NCBI GenBank assembly: GCA_002343445.1
Contig: DDSP01000049.1
Coordinates: forward strand, 300-64,299
Length of the DNA stretch: 64,000 bases
Direction: 5' to 3'
DNA from: Chthonomonas sp. UBA2387
GTDB lineage: Bacteria > Armatimonadota > Fimbriimonadia > Fimbriimonadales > Fimbriimonadaceae
A model generated the notes under the pieces. The model did not search any database and was not told the origin of the DNA. It saw nothing but the letters and a program-made list of their open reading frames with translations. Made by a program: the position numbers and the translations under genes. This document shows, one piece after another, positions 29,952 to 39,701 of the stretch; within the stretch, counting starts at the first letter, position 1, and each line of letters begins with the position of its first letter.

Positions 29952-30833
29952 TCAGCACGTCGCGCCGTGGGCGCCCGCGCCGAAAATCTCCATGCGATCT
30001 TCGGTCGTGGTCCGAGGAGTTCCCTTCGGGATGTAGTGGAACTGCAACGCTCGGCGACGCGTCGGCGAATGGTTCGTCGGCGTGCCGTGCGGGGTCAGCC
30101 CATCGAACACCAAGGCGCCCCCGCAAGGCAACGGTGCGGCGATCACCACGTCGTCGCCCTCCATGTCGGCATCGCAAAGCTGCCAATCGCGCACGCTGAA
30201 GTGCGGCAACGGACCCTCGCGGTGCCGCCCAGGCTTGAAGTGCATGCAGCCGTTGTCGAGCGTGGCGTCGTCCAAAGCGATCCAAATGCCCAACACCGGC
30301 GTGCCCTTCGGGACGTTGAAGTAAGCATGGTCTTGGTGCCAAGGCTTCTCCCGCCCGATGTGCGGCGGCTTGAGCAAGGCCATGTCTTGGAACAGTTCGG
30401 GCTCGGCGTCGAGGCAGGCCCGTGCGAACTCGAGGATCTTGGGGTGCTGCGCCAACGCCATCATGCGCGGCTCCCAGCGGACGAACGTCATCAGCTTGCG
30501 CACGTGGTCCTGACGCTCTTCGGGTGGCAGACTGGTCAGGTTCCGGTCGGCCAAATGCTCGAACTGGAGGCAGAAGTGCTCGGGAATCTCCTCGGGGTGC
30601 TCCGAGCCTTTGACGACCCAATCGAGGATGGCTTGCCGCGCGCTGGCGACCTCCTCGGGGGTGAGCCACTCGGCGAACCCCACCACGCCATAGGTGCGGT
30701 AGTCCTCGATCTGGGAGGCGTCGTCGGGGTTCGGCGTCTCGCGAAGAGGCAACACGCCCGTGGGTCGGTACAGCGATTCGCCGTACTCGACGGGGGCGAT
30801 GCCGTCGAAATCATGCGTCTTGGCCATGGCCAA
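29952..30833 (-). CDS. Phytanoyl-CoA dioxygenase (PhyH) family Fe(II)/2-oxoglutarate oxygenase
   Basis: KPWHQDHAYF...IWIALDDATLDNGCMHFKPG...HGTPTNHS.. carries the HxD...H facial triad in a PhyH-like layout. Confidence 0.75.
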   Translation of the reverse strand: MAMAKTHDFDGIAPVEYGESLYRPTGVLPLRETPNPDDASQIEDYRTYGVVGFAEWLTPEEVASARQAILDWVVKGSEHPEEIPEHFCLQFEHLADRNLTSLPPEERQDHVRKLMTFVRWEPRMMALAQHPKILEFARACLDAEPELFQDMALLKPPHIGREKPWHQDHAYFNVPKGTPVLGIWIALDDATLDNGCMHFKPGRHREGPLPHFSVRDWQLCDADMEGDDVVIAAPLPCGGALVFDGLTPHGTPTNHSPTRRRALQFHYIPKGTPRTTTEDRMEIFGAGAHGATC

Positions 30834-30874
30834 GTCGTTACTTCTGCTCGCGGCGCAAGCAATCCTGCAAAGCG

Positions 30875-32140
30875 CTAGGCGGCCTCGGCGAAGTACCGCT
30901 GCTCGTCGCGATGGAAGAAGAGAATCCCCTCGGCCTCTTCGATGTGGTCGAGCAACGTGTCCAGAACGATCGGATCGAACTGCGTCCCACGACCCATCTT
31001 CATGATCTGCTGCGACTCGCTCATGGAGAACCTCTTCTTGTAGGGGCGGTCAGACCGGAGTGCTTCGTAGACGTCGGCGACGGCCACGATGCGCGCCTCG
31101 ATCGGGATGTCCTCGCCCGAGAGACCGTTCGGGTAACCGGCGCCATCCCAGCGTTCGTGGTGGTTCAAGGCGATGAGGGCGGCTGTCTCGAGCAACTCGC
31201 AACCTTGGCTGACGTCGGCGGCGTCGCGGGCAAAGGCGGGATGGACCTCTTGCGTCAGCAACCGGTAACCAACCAGGGCATGGCTCTGCATCGTGCTGCG
31301 CTCGGCCTCGGTCAACGTCCCGGTCTTCAGGAGGATGTCGTCGTGCATGCCGATCTTGCCCACGTCGTGCAGCGCGCTGGCGAGCAGAATGCGGTCTTGA
31401 TCGGCTTCGTCGAATCCGAGCTTCTCGGCCAAGAGTTTGGAGAGCAGCGAAACGCGCACGATGTGCTGTCCGGTGACCGTATCGCGAAGTTCTGCGGCGC
31501 GCGCCAGCCGGAGCAGGGTTTCACGGCGCGAGACTTCGAGTTCCCGCGTCCGCATGGCGACCTCGGTTTCGATGCGCTCGTTGGTGGTCTCCAACAGGGC
31601 CTGCCGGTCCGCCAGTTCGGCGATCAGACTGTTGCCCTTGACGCAGGCGAACACCAGCACCAGATCCTCGAACAGCACCCAGCCCGTATGCTCCAAGAAG
31701 CGCCACTCGGCCCCGGAAGCCACACCGTACACCGAGATCGGAAAGTAAAGCCCGCGCACGTAGTGGTCCACCACCACGATGATCGAAGCGGGCACCAAGA
31801 TGCTCCAATCCAGATAGAACGCCAAAAACGCCAGCGAGACAAAGACATGAAAGTGGGTCTCGATGCGCCCGCCCGTCACGTGGATGAGCAGACAACCCAT
31901 CAGCATCTGGCAGCACGCGACGACGTAGCGGGTCGCTCGACGTCCGGGGTACTTGCGGACGGCCACCCATACCGGCGTGCCGATCAAGAGGCCCAACAGG
32001 ACAGCGGTCTCGACATGCGGATGGATTTCCGACTCGGCGCCCGAGTAGCTCAGAGGGCTCAGTACCAGCGACGTGACGATCGCGCCGATCACCTGGACCA
32101 GCATCACCCAGCCGAACAAGCGATCCACCCAGGACCGCAT
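30875..32140 (-). CDS. Membrane-bound HD-GYP domain phosphodiesterase
   Basis: An N-terminal multi-TM sensor region is followed by ALHDVGKIGMHDDILLK...HHERWDGAGYPNGL (the HD and GYP motifs). The start is set at the ATG at complement 32138-32140. Confidence 0.85.
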   Translation of the reverse strand: MRSWVDRLFGWVMLVQVIGAIVTSLVLSPLSYSGAESEIHPHVETAVLLGLLIGTPVWVAVRKYPGRRATRYVVACCQMLMGCLLIHVTGGRIETHFHVFVSLAFLAFYLDWSILVPASIIVVVDHYVRGLYFPISVYGVASGAEWRFLEHTGWVLFEDLVLVFACVKGNSLIAELADRQALLETTNERIETEVAMRTRELEVSRRETLLRLARAAELRDTVTGQHIVRVSLLSKLLAEKLGFDEADQDRILLASALHDVGKIGMHDDILLKTGTLTEAERSTMQSHALVGYRLLTQEVHPAFARDAADVSQGCELLETAALIALNHHERWDGAGYPNGLSGEDIPIEARIVAVADVYEALRSDRPYKKRFSMSESQQIMKMGRGTQFDPIVLDTLLDHIEEAEGILFFHRDEQRYFAEAA

Positions 32141-32181
32141 CGCGAACAGGCTCTCCTCGTGCAGGCGGAGGGCGCGAGAGG

Positions 32182-32787
32182 TCAACCTTGCCGTTCTCCG
32201 GTTGCTGAACGCAACGAACAGCCGAAGGTCGGTGCGATCGAGGCCACCTCCCCCTGCTGGGCGAGCGCCTTGAACCACCTGATGGACGACATCGCATCCT
32301 CGGCTCCCCGAGCCGGGGTCAGCCCGCCGGAGTACACCAGCCGACGATCCGGATCGTAGACGAAGAGGTGCCCCGAAGTGCGGGCGCCATAGCGTCTGAC
32401 GGCCCGAACCTCGTCAAGGACGGTCAACTCGCTCTTGGGAATGCCCCGGGCGAACGCGAGGTTCTTTCTCGGGCCATCGTATTCCGCCGGGACGGCAGCC
32501 ACGATTTCGGCGCGGATCGGCAAACGTGTCGCGTCGAGAATTGCCTCGAGATTCCGCAGACTCGCCTTCGTGCACGGGCAATCGGGGTGAACGACCATGA
32601 TCAGGGTCCAACGTCCGGGGTCGGCTTCGCGAATGCCCGGCACTTGAAGCGGACCTGCACCAGGCTTGGTGTCGTATTGCATGGCCCCGGCCATCACCCA
32701 GACGACAGCCGCGGCCCATGCCACTCCCCCAAGTGCAACGGCCACAGTCCGCCACAAAGGCGTGCGGCCGAGTTTTCGATCATCCAC
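32182..32787 (-). CDS. Membrane-anchored thioredoxin-fold-like protein
   Basis: An N-terminal TM is followed by LIMVVHPDCPCTKASL (a Cys pair in the position of a redox motif). No firm family assignment. Confidence 0.5.
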   Translation of the reverse strand: MDDRKLGRTPLWRTVAVALGGVAWAAAVVWVMAGAMQYDTKPGAGPLQVPGIREADPGRWTLIMVVHPDCPCTKASLRNLEAILDATRLPIRAEIVAAVPAEYDGPRKNLAFARGIPKSELTVLDEVRAVRRYGARTSGHLFVYDPDRRLVYSGGLTPARGAEDAMSSIRWFKALAQQGEVASIAPTFGCSLRSATGERQG

Positions 32788-32844
32788 ACTTTGTTGTCGG
32801 GATTGAGAGGGCGAATCATCGGCAGTTCGTTGCTTCGTTTGCCG

Positions 32845-33669
32845 CTATTCGTCCAACCAGACGCCCTCAAACACCACACTCGCCGCTCCAGCCGCCCGCA
32901 ACGGCCCATTCCAGCCGTCCATGTCGAATACCAACTCTCCGCCTGGGTTGAGGATGCGAACCGGGCCCTTGAACCCAGTCAGACGCGCGTAAGCGCTCGC
33001 CGTCGCCGCCGATCCCGTGCCGCACGCCAACGTCTCTCCGACGCCTCGTTCCCATACGCGCAGCCGCAAGGTCCCCGGGCTCGGGCTTTCGGCCCACATG
33101 ACGCTCACCCGCTCCGGGAACGCCTCGTGGTTCTCCAGTTGCGGGCTCACCGCTTCGAACACCGCATCGCGGGGCAACCGATCCACAAACGCAACGAGGT
33201 GTGCGCTGCCCGTCGAGAGCACGCTGACCGGTCCGGCCCAGCCGTCCACCTCGATGGGCAGGTCGAACCAAGGCCGATCCAAAGTCGTGGGCACGCCTTC
33301 CGGCGACCAAACGGCGGGAGGCAACGTGGTCTCGATACGCCCGTCCGGCAGACTTCGGGCCGGGATCACGCGCCCCAAGTGCTCGAACTCGAAGGCCTCG
33401 TCCACCTCGCCGAGATCGAGCGCGCGACGGGCCGTGCAGCGAAGGCCGTTGCCGCAGAAGTCCTCCGTGCCGTCCGGGTTGAACATGCGCTGACGGATCA
33501 ACCTGCGACTCGCGACCTCGTAGACCAGCAGCCCATCCGAACCCACACCAAACCGCCTCTCGCAAAGGCGGAGGGCAAGCGCAGGAACGTCGAGGCCCGC
33601 CACCTCCTCGGCGCGAACGAGCACGAAGTCGTTCCCCAGACTCTGGACTTTGACAAAGCGCAGGCTCAA
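32845..33669 (-). CDS. dapF: Diaminopimelate epimerase
   Basis: This is the real gene inside the composite 584-aa ORF. Motifs: FVKVQSLGNDFVLV, MFNPDGTEDFCGNGLRC and ERGVGETLACGTGSAA (both catalytic Cys motifs). The TTG start (complement 33667-33669) overlaps the upstream stop as TTGA. Confidence 0.9.
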   Translation of the reverse strand: MSLRFVKVQSLGNDFVLVRAEEVAGLDVPALALRLCERRFGVGSDGLLVYEVASRRLIRQRMFNPDGTEDFCGNGLRCTARRALDLGEVDEAFEFEHLGRVIPARSLPDGRIETTLPPAVWSPEGVPTTLDRPWFDLPIEVDGWAGPVSVLSTGSAHLVAFVDRLPRDAVFEAVSPQLENHEAFPERVSVMWAESPSPGTLRLRVWERGVGETLACGTGSAATASAYARLTGFKGPVRILNPGGELVFDMDGWNGPLRAAGAASVVFEGVWLDE

Positions 33670-35630
33670 GAGACCAGACGCTCCAGCGTGCACTCGGCGG
33701 TCCGCACGGTTTCGGCGAACCACGACCCGTCTCCCGCGACCAACGGGAACCACCAGCCGCTCGGCCTGCGATTGGCGGCGCTCAACCCGTCGCGGACGAT
33801 CACGCCGTGACGCGCCAACCGCAACCGCTTCAGTTCGGCTTCCAGTTCGATTTCGCGACGTCGCGCATGCATCGCCTGCAGTTCTGGTCGGCCCACGAAC
33901 TCCGATTGGCGGCGATACGAGTCGTGCAGGGCATGTTCCACTTCGCCCAAGCGATGCACGACGCGATCCACTTCGCGCGTCAACGCCTCCCGCCGGCCAA
34001 GCTCGTCCGAAGAAGGCTGCTTCTCGAAGATCGCCTCGCGGAAGTGCAAGCCCTTGGCTCGTTCGGCGGCGACCCGGACGCGCCTGAGTGCGCGCCGCTC
34101 GTCGAAGAGCGCCCGGCGCTCGGCACGAAAGGTCTCGATGCCAGCCCACAGCCCCTGCAAGCCTTGGTGGAGCGATTCGTACTCGGCGGCGAGGCTCGCC
34201 CACGTGCCGCCCGAATACTCGGCCAGGAAGCGGATCAGGTCGTACGGCCGGCGCAGACCACCCAACTGCTGCAACAGCGCATCCTGATCCCGACCCACTG
34301 CCGCCCACTTGGCCGCGAACGTCGAAGCGCACACGTCGTCCGCGCCGAACGCCCGCCGAAACGGGCCGGGCAGGTTGAACCACGCGCACGTCGTGCGCAG
34401 CGCATCCCACGTCCGGTAGCGAACGCGAAGGATGGGATGGAACTCGAGCCCAGGAGAAAGGGGCCGCAAAGCGTCGTGCAGGGCCCGCGACCGCCAGACG
34501 TAGCCGCTCGCCCCCTCGTGGAACACAAAACCGAACTCGGCAGAGAGCATCCCGATGAGCGTGATCGCCTTGCCCACCAGCACGCAGTCCGGTCCCCACT
34601 TCCGCTCGACCACGCCCGCCAAGTCCGCCACGCCCTCAAGCGGTTCGTCCAAGGAGGCGAACAGCGGCCTGCGCGTCATCACGATCAGCCCTTCCCTCCC
34701 AATGCGCAGCGTGCCGCGTCCGTGGCCGGGGACGATCAGATCGAAAGGCAATGCGCCCGTCCCGAAGCGATCCAGAGGATACGTCTCGCTCCCGGCGACG
34801 ACTTGGTTGTACGCCTCGCGAGCAGCGTCTCTCGAATCGGGGTTCAGGAACAGGTCCACCAACGCGAACCGAGGCAGCGCAGCGGTTTCTCGGTTGAACC
34901 GCAGCAACGCGGTCGTGGTCGTCGTCTCGATGGGCACGGGCCGACCGGCCGCTGCGGCATAGAGGCGAGGCAGCAGAGCCAGATAGAAGTCCTTGAGCCG
35001 CGCATTCGGCGCAAGGTCGTCGCGAACGTCGCAGAGCATCTGGCGCATGGCGTCGGCCCGTTCGGCGGCTTCGCGGCGCGCATCCGGCGCCAAACACGCC
35101 AACGACTCCTGCAGCGCCCAATCGAACGCCCCGCGAACCTCGCCGAACACCTCGGCCAAGCGGACGTCGGCGGCCAACGGCGGCTCGTCGCCCAACGAAA
35201 CCAGCCCGCGCCAACCCCACGCTTCGGTGGCTTCGTCCACGATGCCGGGCCGGACGCGCGCGATCCGCTCCAAATCCACCCCGGCGGCGGCCAACAAGTC
35301 GCGGCGCACGACCGCCTCCGAACCCAACAACGCGGAAAACTCGGCGACAGCGCTCCACAGCCCGCGTGTCGAACCGTCGTTGTGCGGGAACGCCCGAAAG
35401 CCCCGGGCATCGCCGCCGCCCGGAAGTTTGGCGAAGTAGTCGGTGTCGTGGACTCCCGCCAGCAGTCGCGGGTGGCCCCCTCGCTCCAGCGCCAACGCAA
35501 CTCCTGCCTTGGTCGTTTCGTCCCAGAACACGGTCTGCCCCAGGGCGAGCAGCCGCACCCCGGGCGCCTGACGACAGAACTCGTCAACCGCCTCATCGAG
35601 ACTCATGGTTCCAAGTGTGGCCAACGCCAT
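33666..35630 (-). CDS. Large (654 aa) conserved-looking hypothetical protein, no recognisable domain
   Basis: A long ORF with ordinary, non-shadow composition, including Trp/Phe/Tyr-rich stretches. It starts 10 nt after the thioesterase stop and its stop overlaps the dapF start. The C-terminal third is coiled-coil-like (RRREIELEAELKRLRLAR). Confidence 0.7.
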   Translation of the reverse strand: MALATLGTMSLDEAVDEFCRQAPGVRLLALGQTVFWDETTKAGVALALERGGHPRLLAGVHDTDYFAKLPGGGDARGFRAFPHNDGSTRGLWSAVAEFSALLGSEAVVRRDLLAAAGVDLERIARVRPGIVDEATEAWGWRGLVSLGDEPPLAADVRLAEVFGEVRGAFDWALQESLACLAPDARREAAERADAMRQMLCDVRDDLAPNARLKDFYLALLPRLYAAAAGRPVPIETTTTTALLRFNRETAALPRFALVDLFLNPDSRDAAREAYNQVVAGSETYPLDRFGTGALPFDLIVPGHGRGTLRIGREGLIVMTRRPLFASLDEPLEGVADLAGVVERKWGPDCVLVGKAITLIGMLSAEFGFVFHEGASGYVWRSRALHDALRPLSPGLEFHPILRVRYRTWDALRTTCAWFNLPGPFRRAFGADDVCASTFAAKWAAVGRDQDALLQQLGGLRRPYDLIRFLAEYSGGTWASLAAEYESLHQGLQGLWAGIETFRAERRALFDERRALRRVRVAAERAKGLHFREAIFEKQPSSDELGRREALTREVDRVVHRLGEVEHALHDSYRRQSEFVGRPELQAMHARRREIELEAELKRLRLARHGVIVRDGLSAANRRPSGWWFPLVAGDGSWFAETVRTAECTLERLVS

Positions 35631-35640
35631 CGAAGTGATT

Positions 35641-36072
35641 CTACGCCAACGGCTCGCAATCAGCCGGGTTCCGCCGCAGCATCTCGCCGACGGTCTCCGG
35701 AACGCTCACCGCCTTGCGCTCCGTTCCCATGAGCACGTGCCACGTGTGGCCCTCGGTCAACACCTTCGGATGGCCGGTCTTGACGATCTCGTACTCGAAG
35801 CGCATCGAGGCCCGGCGGACTTCGCCCATCCGCACGCGCACCACGATGTCGTCGTCGTACTTGATCTCGCCGTGGTACTTGAGGAAGACCTCGACCACGG
35901 GAAGGAAGTAGCCCATCTCCTCAAGGCTGCGGTAGGTGAACCCGCGAGCGCGGCACCACGCGCCTCGTGCCTGCTCCAGCCAATAGAGGTAGTTCGCGTA
36001 GTAGGCGTGGCCCATCTGATCGGTCTCGCCATAGCGGACCCGGACGGGCGTCTCCGACCACGCCCCGATCAA
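35641..36072 (-). CDS. YbgC/4HBT-family acyl-CoA thioesterase
   Basis: VRVRYGETDQMGHAYYANYLYWLEQARGAWCRARG is the hot-dog fold 4HBT signature. The TTG start (complement 36070-36072) overlaps the pagL-like stop as TTGA. Confidence 0.8.
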   Translation of the reverse strand: MIGAWSETPVRVRYGETDQMGHAYYANYLYWLEQARGAWCRARGFTYRSLEEMGYFLPVVEVFLKYHGEIKYDDDIVVRVRMGEVRRASMRFEYEIVKTGHPKVLTEGHTWHVLMGTERKAVSVPETVGEMLRRNPADCEPLA

Positions 36073-36620
36073 AGCTTGACCCCGCAGACCACCCAAATCT
36101 GGTTCCAGCCGGGGTTGTTGCCCTTCGTGCCGGCGTTCGACGAGTGGAACCACCGGGCCAGCACGTAGCCGTCCTTGGGTCCCCAATCCACCTCGGTGCC
36201 GAGCCCCAGCGACGGGGTCGAGTTCCACTGGCTGGGCTGGTCGCTCGTGGCTTGGGTCGAGTACTGGATGCCCCAACCGAGGTCGAGGAACGTCCGCGCG
36301 CCCTTCCACGGTGTGAAGCGGTACCGAGCGATGGCGAGAACGCCCATGCTGGTCGTACGATCGGGCGCGATGTCCACGTAGCCGCGACTGGACGAGGGCA
36401 GGATGGTCGCCTCGAACACGAGTTCGGGCTGGTACTTGCCCAGCCGCAAACGGGGTTCGGGGCGGCCGTAGGCGATGGAGAAGACCTTGCCGATCCGGGG
36501 GTCTTCCGACCCGAGCGTCCGGACCGAGAACATCGTGCCGAGCTGAACGGACCAGTGGGAGGAGTCGGGATCGGAGGCTTGCAGCGCAAGCAAGAGGCCG
36601 AGGGGAATCACGGACGCCAT
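36069..36620 (-). CDS. PagL-like lipid A deacylase / acyloxyacyl hydrolase (outer-membrane beta-barrel)
   Basis: 183 aa with a signal peptide and alternating beta-strand pattern. The C-terminal RWFHSSNAG resembles the His-x-Ser catalytic motif of the PagL family. Confidence 0.55.
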   Translation of the reverse strand: MASVIPLGLLLALQASDPDSSHWSVQLGTMFSVRTLGSEDPRIGKVFSIAYGRPEPRLRLGKYQPELVFEATILPSSSRGYVDIAPDRTTSMGVLAIARYRFTPWKGARTFLDLGWGIQYSTQATSDQPSQWNSTPSLGLGTEVDWGPKDGYVLARWFHSSNAGTKGNNPGWNQIWVVCGVKL

Positions 36621-36653
36621 TGTGTCACGCCCGAGGGGTCTCCAGAAATGGTG

Positions 36654-36676
36654 AGGGGCGCGACTTGCGCGCCCCT
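36654..36676 (-). terminator. GC-rich hairpin in the perM-pagL intergenic region (possible terminator or attenuator)
   Basis: A 9-bp stem AGGGGCGCG/CGCGCCCCT with the loop ACTTG. On the minus strand it is followed by CACCATTTCTGG, which is only weakly U-rich. Confidence 0.3.
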
Positions 36677-36841
36677 ACTCCTCCTCACAACTAGCCTGAC
36701 TGACTCTCGTTGTGCGTTTTCTGGTTGTTGGTTGCTATTTGGTCTTTTCGCGAGGCTCTCGCCCCGGCGACCCTCGTTGGAGTCGGACCTGTCGATATCT
36801 TAGCCCTTTTGACGACGAAATGGGGACCGAAGGTCGAACAT

Positions 36842-37936
36842 TTATGGATCGTTCATCTGAATTTGCGGACTTTCAAGCCGCGCCCGGTCCAAAGCCAGTC
36901 GCTGACGCACGACCTCGAGGAGGGCCAAGAGTCCCGTCAAGAGCAGCGGACCCACCATGAGACCCACCGGGCCGAATGTGAACAGACCCCCCAGCAGGCT
37001 GAAAAAAATGGCCATGGGATGCAGCGGCACACGCAGCCCGATGAAGAACGGCCGCAATAGGTTGTCGATCTGGCTGACCACGATCAGCCCCCACAAGAGC
37101 AGAAAAACCCCTTGCCACGTGTGCCCCGTCACGAGCAGCGAGACCGCCAGCGGCCCGTACACGAGCGGCGATCCCAGCAGAGGAACCAGACACAACAGCA
37201 CCGTCACCACATACCAGAGGAAGGCGTTCGGCACCCCGGCGATCCAGTAGCCGAGTCCGGCCAGGGTGGCCTGAATCACGCCGACCAGCATCACACCCAC
37301 GAACACGGCAAAGATCGTGTCCCGCATCCGAATCAGGATCGTCTCCGATTGGGCCGCAGGGAGCGGAATGATCTCCAGCGCGGGTTCGCGCAGCTTGTGA
37401 CCGTCGCGAAGCAAAAAGAACAACGTCAGGAACGCCACAACCACCAGAACCGCCGACTCGGCGAACTTGACGGCCAGCGGCCCCGAAGCCCGCGCCAGGT
37501 TGTTGGCGATGGTCTCGCGGTTTTCCTCGAACCGCTGCACCAGGTTCAAGTCGCCCGCGCCAAGGCTCTTGAGAATCGGCGCGAGACTGGCGTCGGCAGA
37601 CTTGATCAAGGCGTCGATCGTCAGCGCATCGCCGTCGGGCTGGCTCTCGCGAACCTGTTTCAGCATCGCGTTGGCCTGCGCGTAGACGACCACACCGGCC
37701 ACGGTGACGGGAATCAGGATCACGATGATCGCGACGAGGGTAGTCGCCAGGGCGCTGACCGTCGCGTTGAGCTTGCGCTGGAACCGCAGGTGCAGGGGGT
37801 ACAGCAACACAGCCAGAACGGTCGCCCAAAGGAGAGCGGGCAGGAACGGAAGCAGGACCATCGCGCCCAACCACAACATGAGGAGGGCAAGCAAGATGGC
37901 GACCAACGCGCGGTACTTGCGTCCGAAATCGTCCAT
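36842..37936 (-). CDS. AI-2E family transporter (PerM/UPF0118)
   Basis: 364 aa polytopic protein. The C-terminal region IDNLLRPFFIG....HPMAIFFSLLGG is typical of the family. Confidence 0.8.
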   Translation of the reverse strand: MDDFGRKYRALVAILLALLMLWLGAMVLLPFLPALLWATVLAVLLYPLHLRFQRKLNATVSALATTLVAIIVILIPVTVAGVVVYAQANAMLKQVRESQPDGDALTIDALIKSADASLAPILKSLGAGDLNLVQRFEENRETIANNLARASGPLAVKFAESAVLVVVAFLTLFFLLRDGHKLREPALEIIPLPAAQSETILIRMRDTIFAVFVGVMLVGVIQATLAGLGYWIAGVPNAFLWYVVTVLLCLVPLLGSPLVYGPLAVSLLVTGHTWQGVFLLLWGLIVVSQIDNLLRPFFIGLRVPLHPMAIFFSLLGGLFTFGPVGLMVGPLLLTGLLALLEVVRQRLALDRARLESPQIQMNDP

Positions 37937-37981
37937 GGCTTGCGTTTCGCTACGCCGAACCGGCGTCTGAGGTTGCGCTGG

Positions 37982-38056
37982 TGGTGAGCCGGCTGGGATT
38001 CGAACCCAGGGCCCACGCCTTAAAAGGGCGTTGCTCTACCGCTGAGCTACCGGCTC
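37982..38056 (-). tRNA. tRNA-Lys (anticodon UUU), CCA encoded
   Basis: The minus strand reads gagccgg-ta-gctc-agcggta-gagc-a-acgcc-cttttaa-ggcgt-gggcc-ctggg-ttcgaat-cccag-ccggctc-a-cca. All four stems pair perfectly. The anticodon loop is CUUUUAA. Confidence 0.95.
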
Positions 38057-38181
38057 GTCCCGCAGGATCGTACCAGAAGGCGGCTCGGCGCCATCGGGTC
38101 GGGGGTTGGGTTGGGCCGCGCATCGCTGGTTCGAAAAACCTCTAAAGGAGGTGTCGGATCATCCGGCGAAAACCAACAGCA

Positions 38182-39510
38182 ATGGACAACGAAGTACGCG
38201 AAGTCTCCCGGCGCACGCTCATTCGCGGCGCTGCTGCCGGCATTTCGATGGCGACCCTCCCCAACTGGTTCGTGCGCGAAGCGCGAGCCGCCGAGGCCGA
38301 GGCCGAACTCCTCCGGCCGCGCCGCATCGGCCAGAACGACACCATCAACATCGGCGTCATCGGTCCGGGTGGTCCCAAGGGCGGGTTCCAGCAAGGACTC
38401 GGTGTCACGCGCTGGCTCGCGAGCAAGCAGGGCGTCAAGATCGTCGCCGTCTGCGACGTGGACGAAGCCCACCGCCAGAACGCCGCGCGCGTGCTGAACG
38501 TCCCGGCCGACGGTGTCTATCGCGACTACCGCAAGATGCTGCGGCACAAGGACCTCGATGCCGTGGTCATCGGTACCCCGGACCACTGGCACGCCCAAAT
38601 CTCCGTGGACGCAATGGTCGCGGGCAAAGACGTCTACTGTGAAAAGCCGCTGACCCTCGGTGTCGCCGAGGGGCGCGAGATCGCCGACACGGCCAAGCGG
38701 CTCGGGCGCATCTTCCAGACAGGAAGCCAACAGCGCTCGGACGGACGCTTCCGATTGGCCGTGCAAGTCGCGCGCAGCGGAAGGCTCGGACGGCTGACCA
38801 AGATCATCACCCACCTGCCGACCGGCCCCACGGGCGGACCCTTCGCCTCGAAACCCATTCCCGAAGGCCTCGATTGGAACATGTGGCTCGGCCCGGCACC
38901 CGTCACCGAATACGTCCAGGAGCGGTGCCACGGCAACTTCCGCTGGTGGCTCGAGTACTCCGGTGGCATGCTCACGGACTGGGGCGCGCACCACAACGAC
39001 ATCGCGCAATGGGCGATGGACATGGACGGCAGCGGTCCCATCTCGGTTCAGGGCACGGGCAAAGTCCCCTCCGGCACGGGCTCGGGCTACTACAGCACGT
39101 TCCCCGAGTTCGACGTCGAGTACCTGTATCCCAACGGGGTGGTGCTGCACTGCACCAACCAAGGCGAAAACGGACTCGAAATCCACGGCGAGGAAGGTTG
39201 GGTGTTCGTGAGCCGGGGCCGCATCGGCGCCTCGGATCCGAAGCTGCTCGAAACGCCCGTCCCGGATTCCGACAAGGTCTACGCCTCGAACGACCACGCC
39301 CAAAACTTCATCGACGGCATCCGGACGCGCAAGGCCTGCATCTGCAACGCCGAAGTCGGCCATCGGTCGGTGAGCGTCTGCCATCTGGCCAACATTTCGC
39401 TTCGCCTCGGCGGCCGCAAGCTCCGCTGGGATCCGGTGGACGAGAAGTTTGTCGGCGACCCCGAAGCCAACCTGATGCTCCTCCGCCCGCATCGCGATTG
39501 GGAGCGATAG
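38182..39510 (+). CDS. Gfo/Idh/MocA-family oxidoreductase with twin-arginine signal
   Basis: SRRTLIRGAAAG is the TAT motif. INIGVIGPGG is the Rossmann motif. The family-typical C-terminal domain is present. Confidence 0.85.
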   Translation: MDNEVREVSRRTLIRGAAAGISMATLPNWFVREARAAEAEAELLRPRRIGQNDTINIGVIGPGGPKGGFQQGLGVTRWLASKQGVKIVAVCDVDEAHRQNAARVLNVPADGVYRDYRKMLRHKDLDAVVIGTPDHWHAQISVDAMVAGKDVYCEKPLTLGVAEGREIADTAKRLGRIFQTGSQQRSDGRFRLAVQVARSGRLGRLTKIITHLPTGPTGGPFASKPIPEGLDWNMWLGPAPVTEYVQERCHGNFRWWLEYSGGMLTDWGAHHNDIAQWAMDMDGSGPISVQGTGKVPSGTGSGYYSTFPEFDVEYLYPNGVVLHCTNQGENGLEIHGEEGWVFVSRGRIGASDPKLLETPVPDSDKVYASNDHAQNFIDGIRTRKACICNAEVGHRSVSVCHLANISLRLGGRKLRWDPVDEKFVGDPEANLMLLRPHRDWER

Positions 39511-39701
39511 GTTCGGATTGGGCTTCGCTCGGCTGACGCTTGACTGAAGTCTTGTCCGAGCATCTCCCCCGCTGGTGTCCAGCGGGGGAGATCTGGCGTC
39601 GGAGGCTTCCGCCAACCGTCGTGCGACAGCCTAGCGGCCGGCGATTCGGGGCGGGTACCCTCTCGGCCTGTGACGGGTCAACGGCGACCGCGCACCAGGG
39701 C

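Noticed and set aside
37982-38056. tRNA-Lys as an integration hotspot for a genomic island.
   Set aside because: There is no integrase, no duplicated tRNA 3' end and no GC shift on either side. The flanking genes (an AI-2E transporter and a Gfo/Idh/MocA oxidoreductase) look native.
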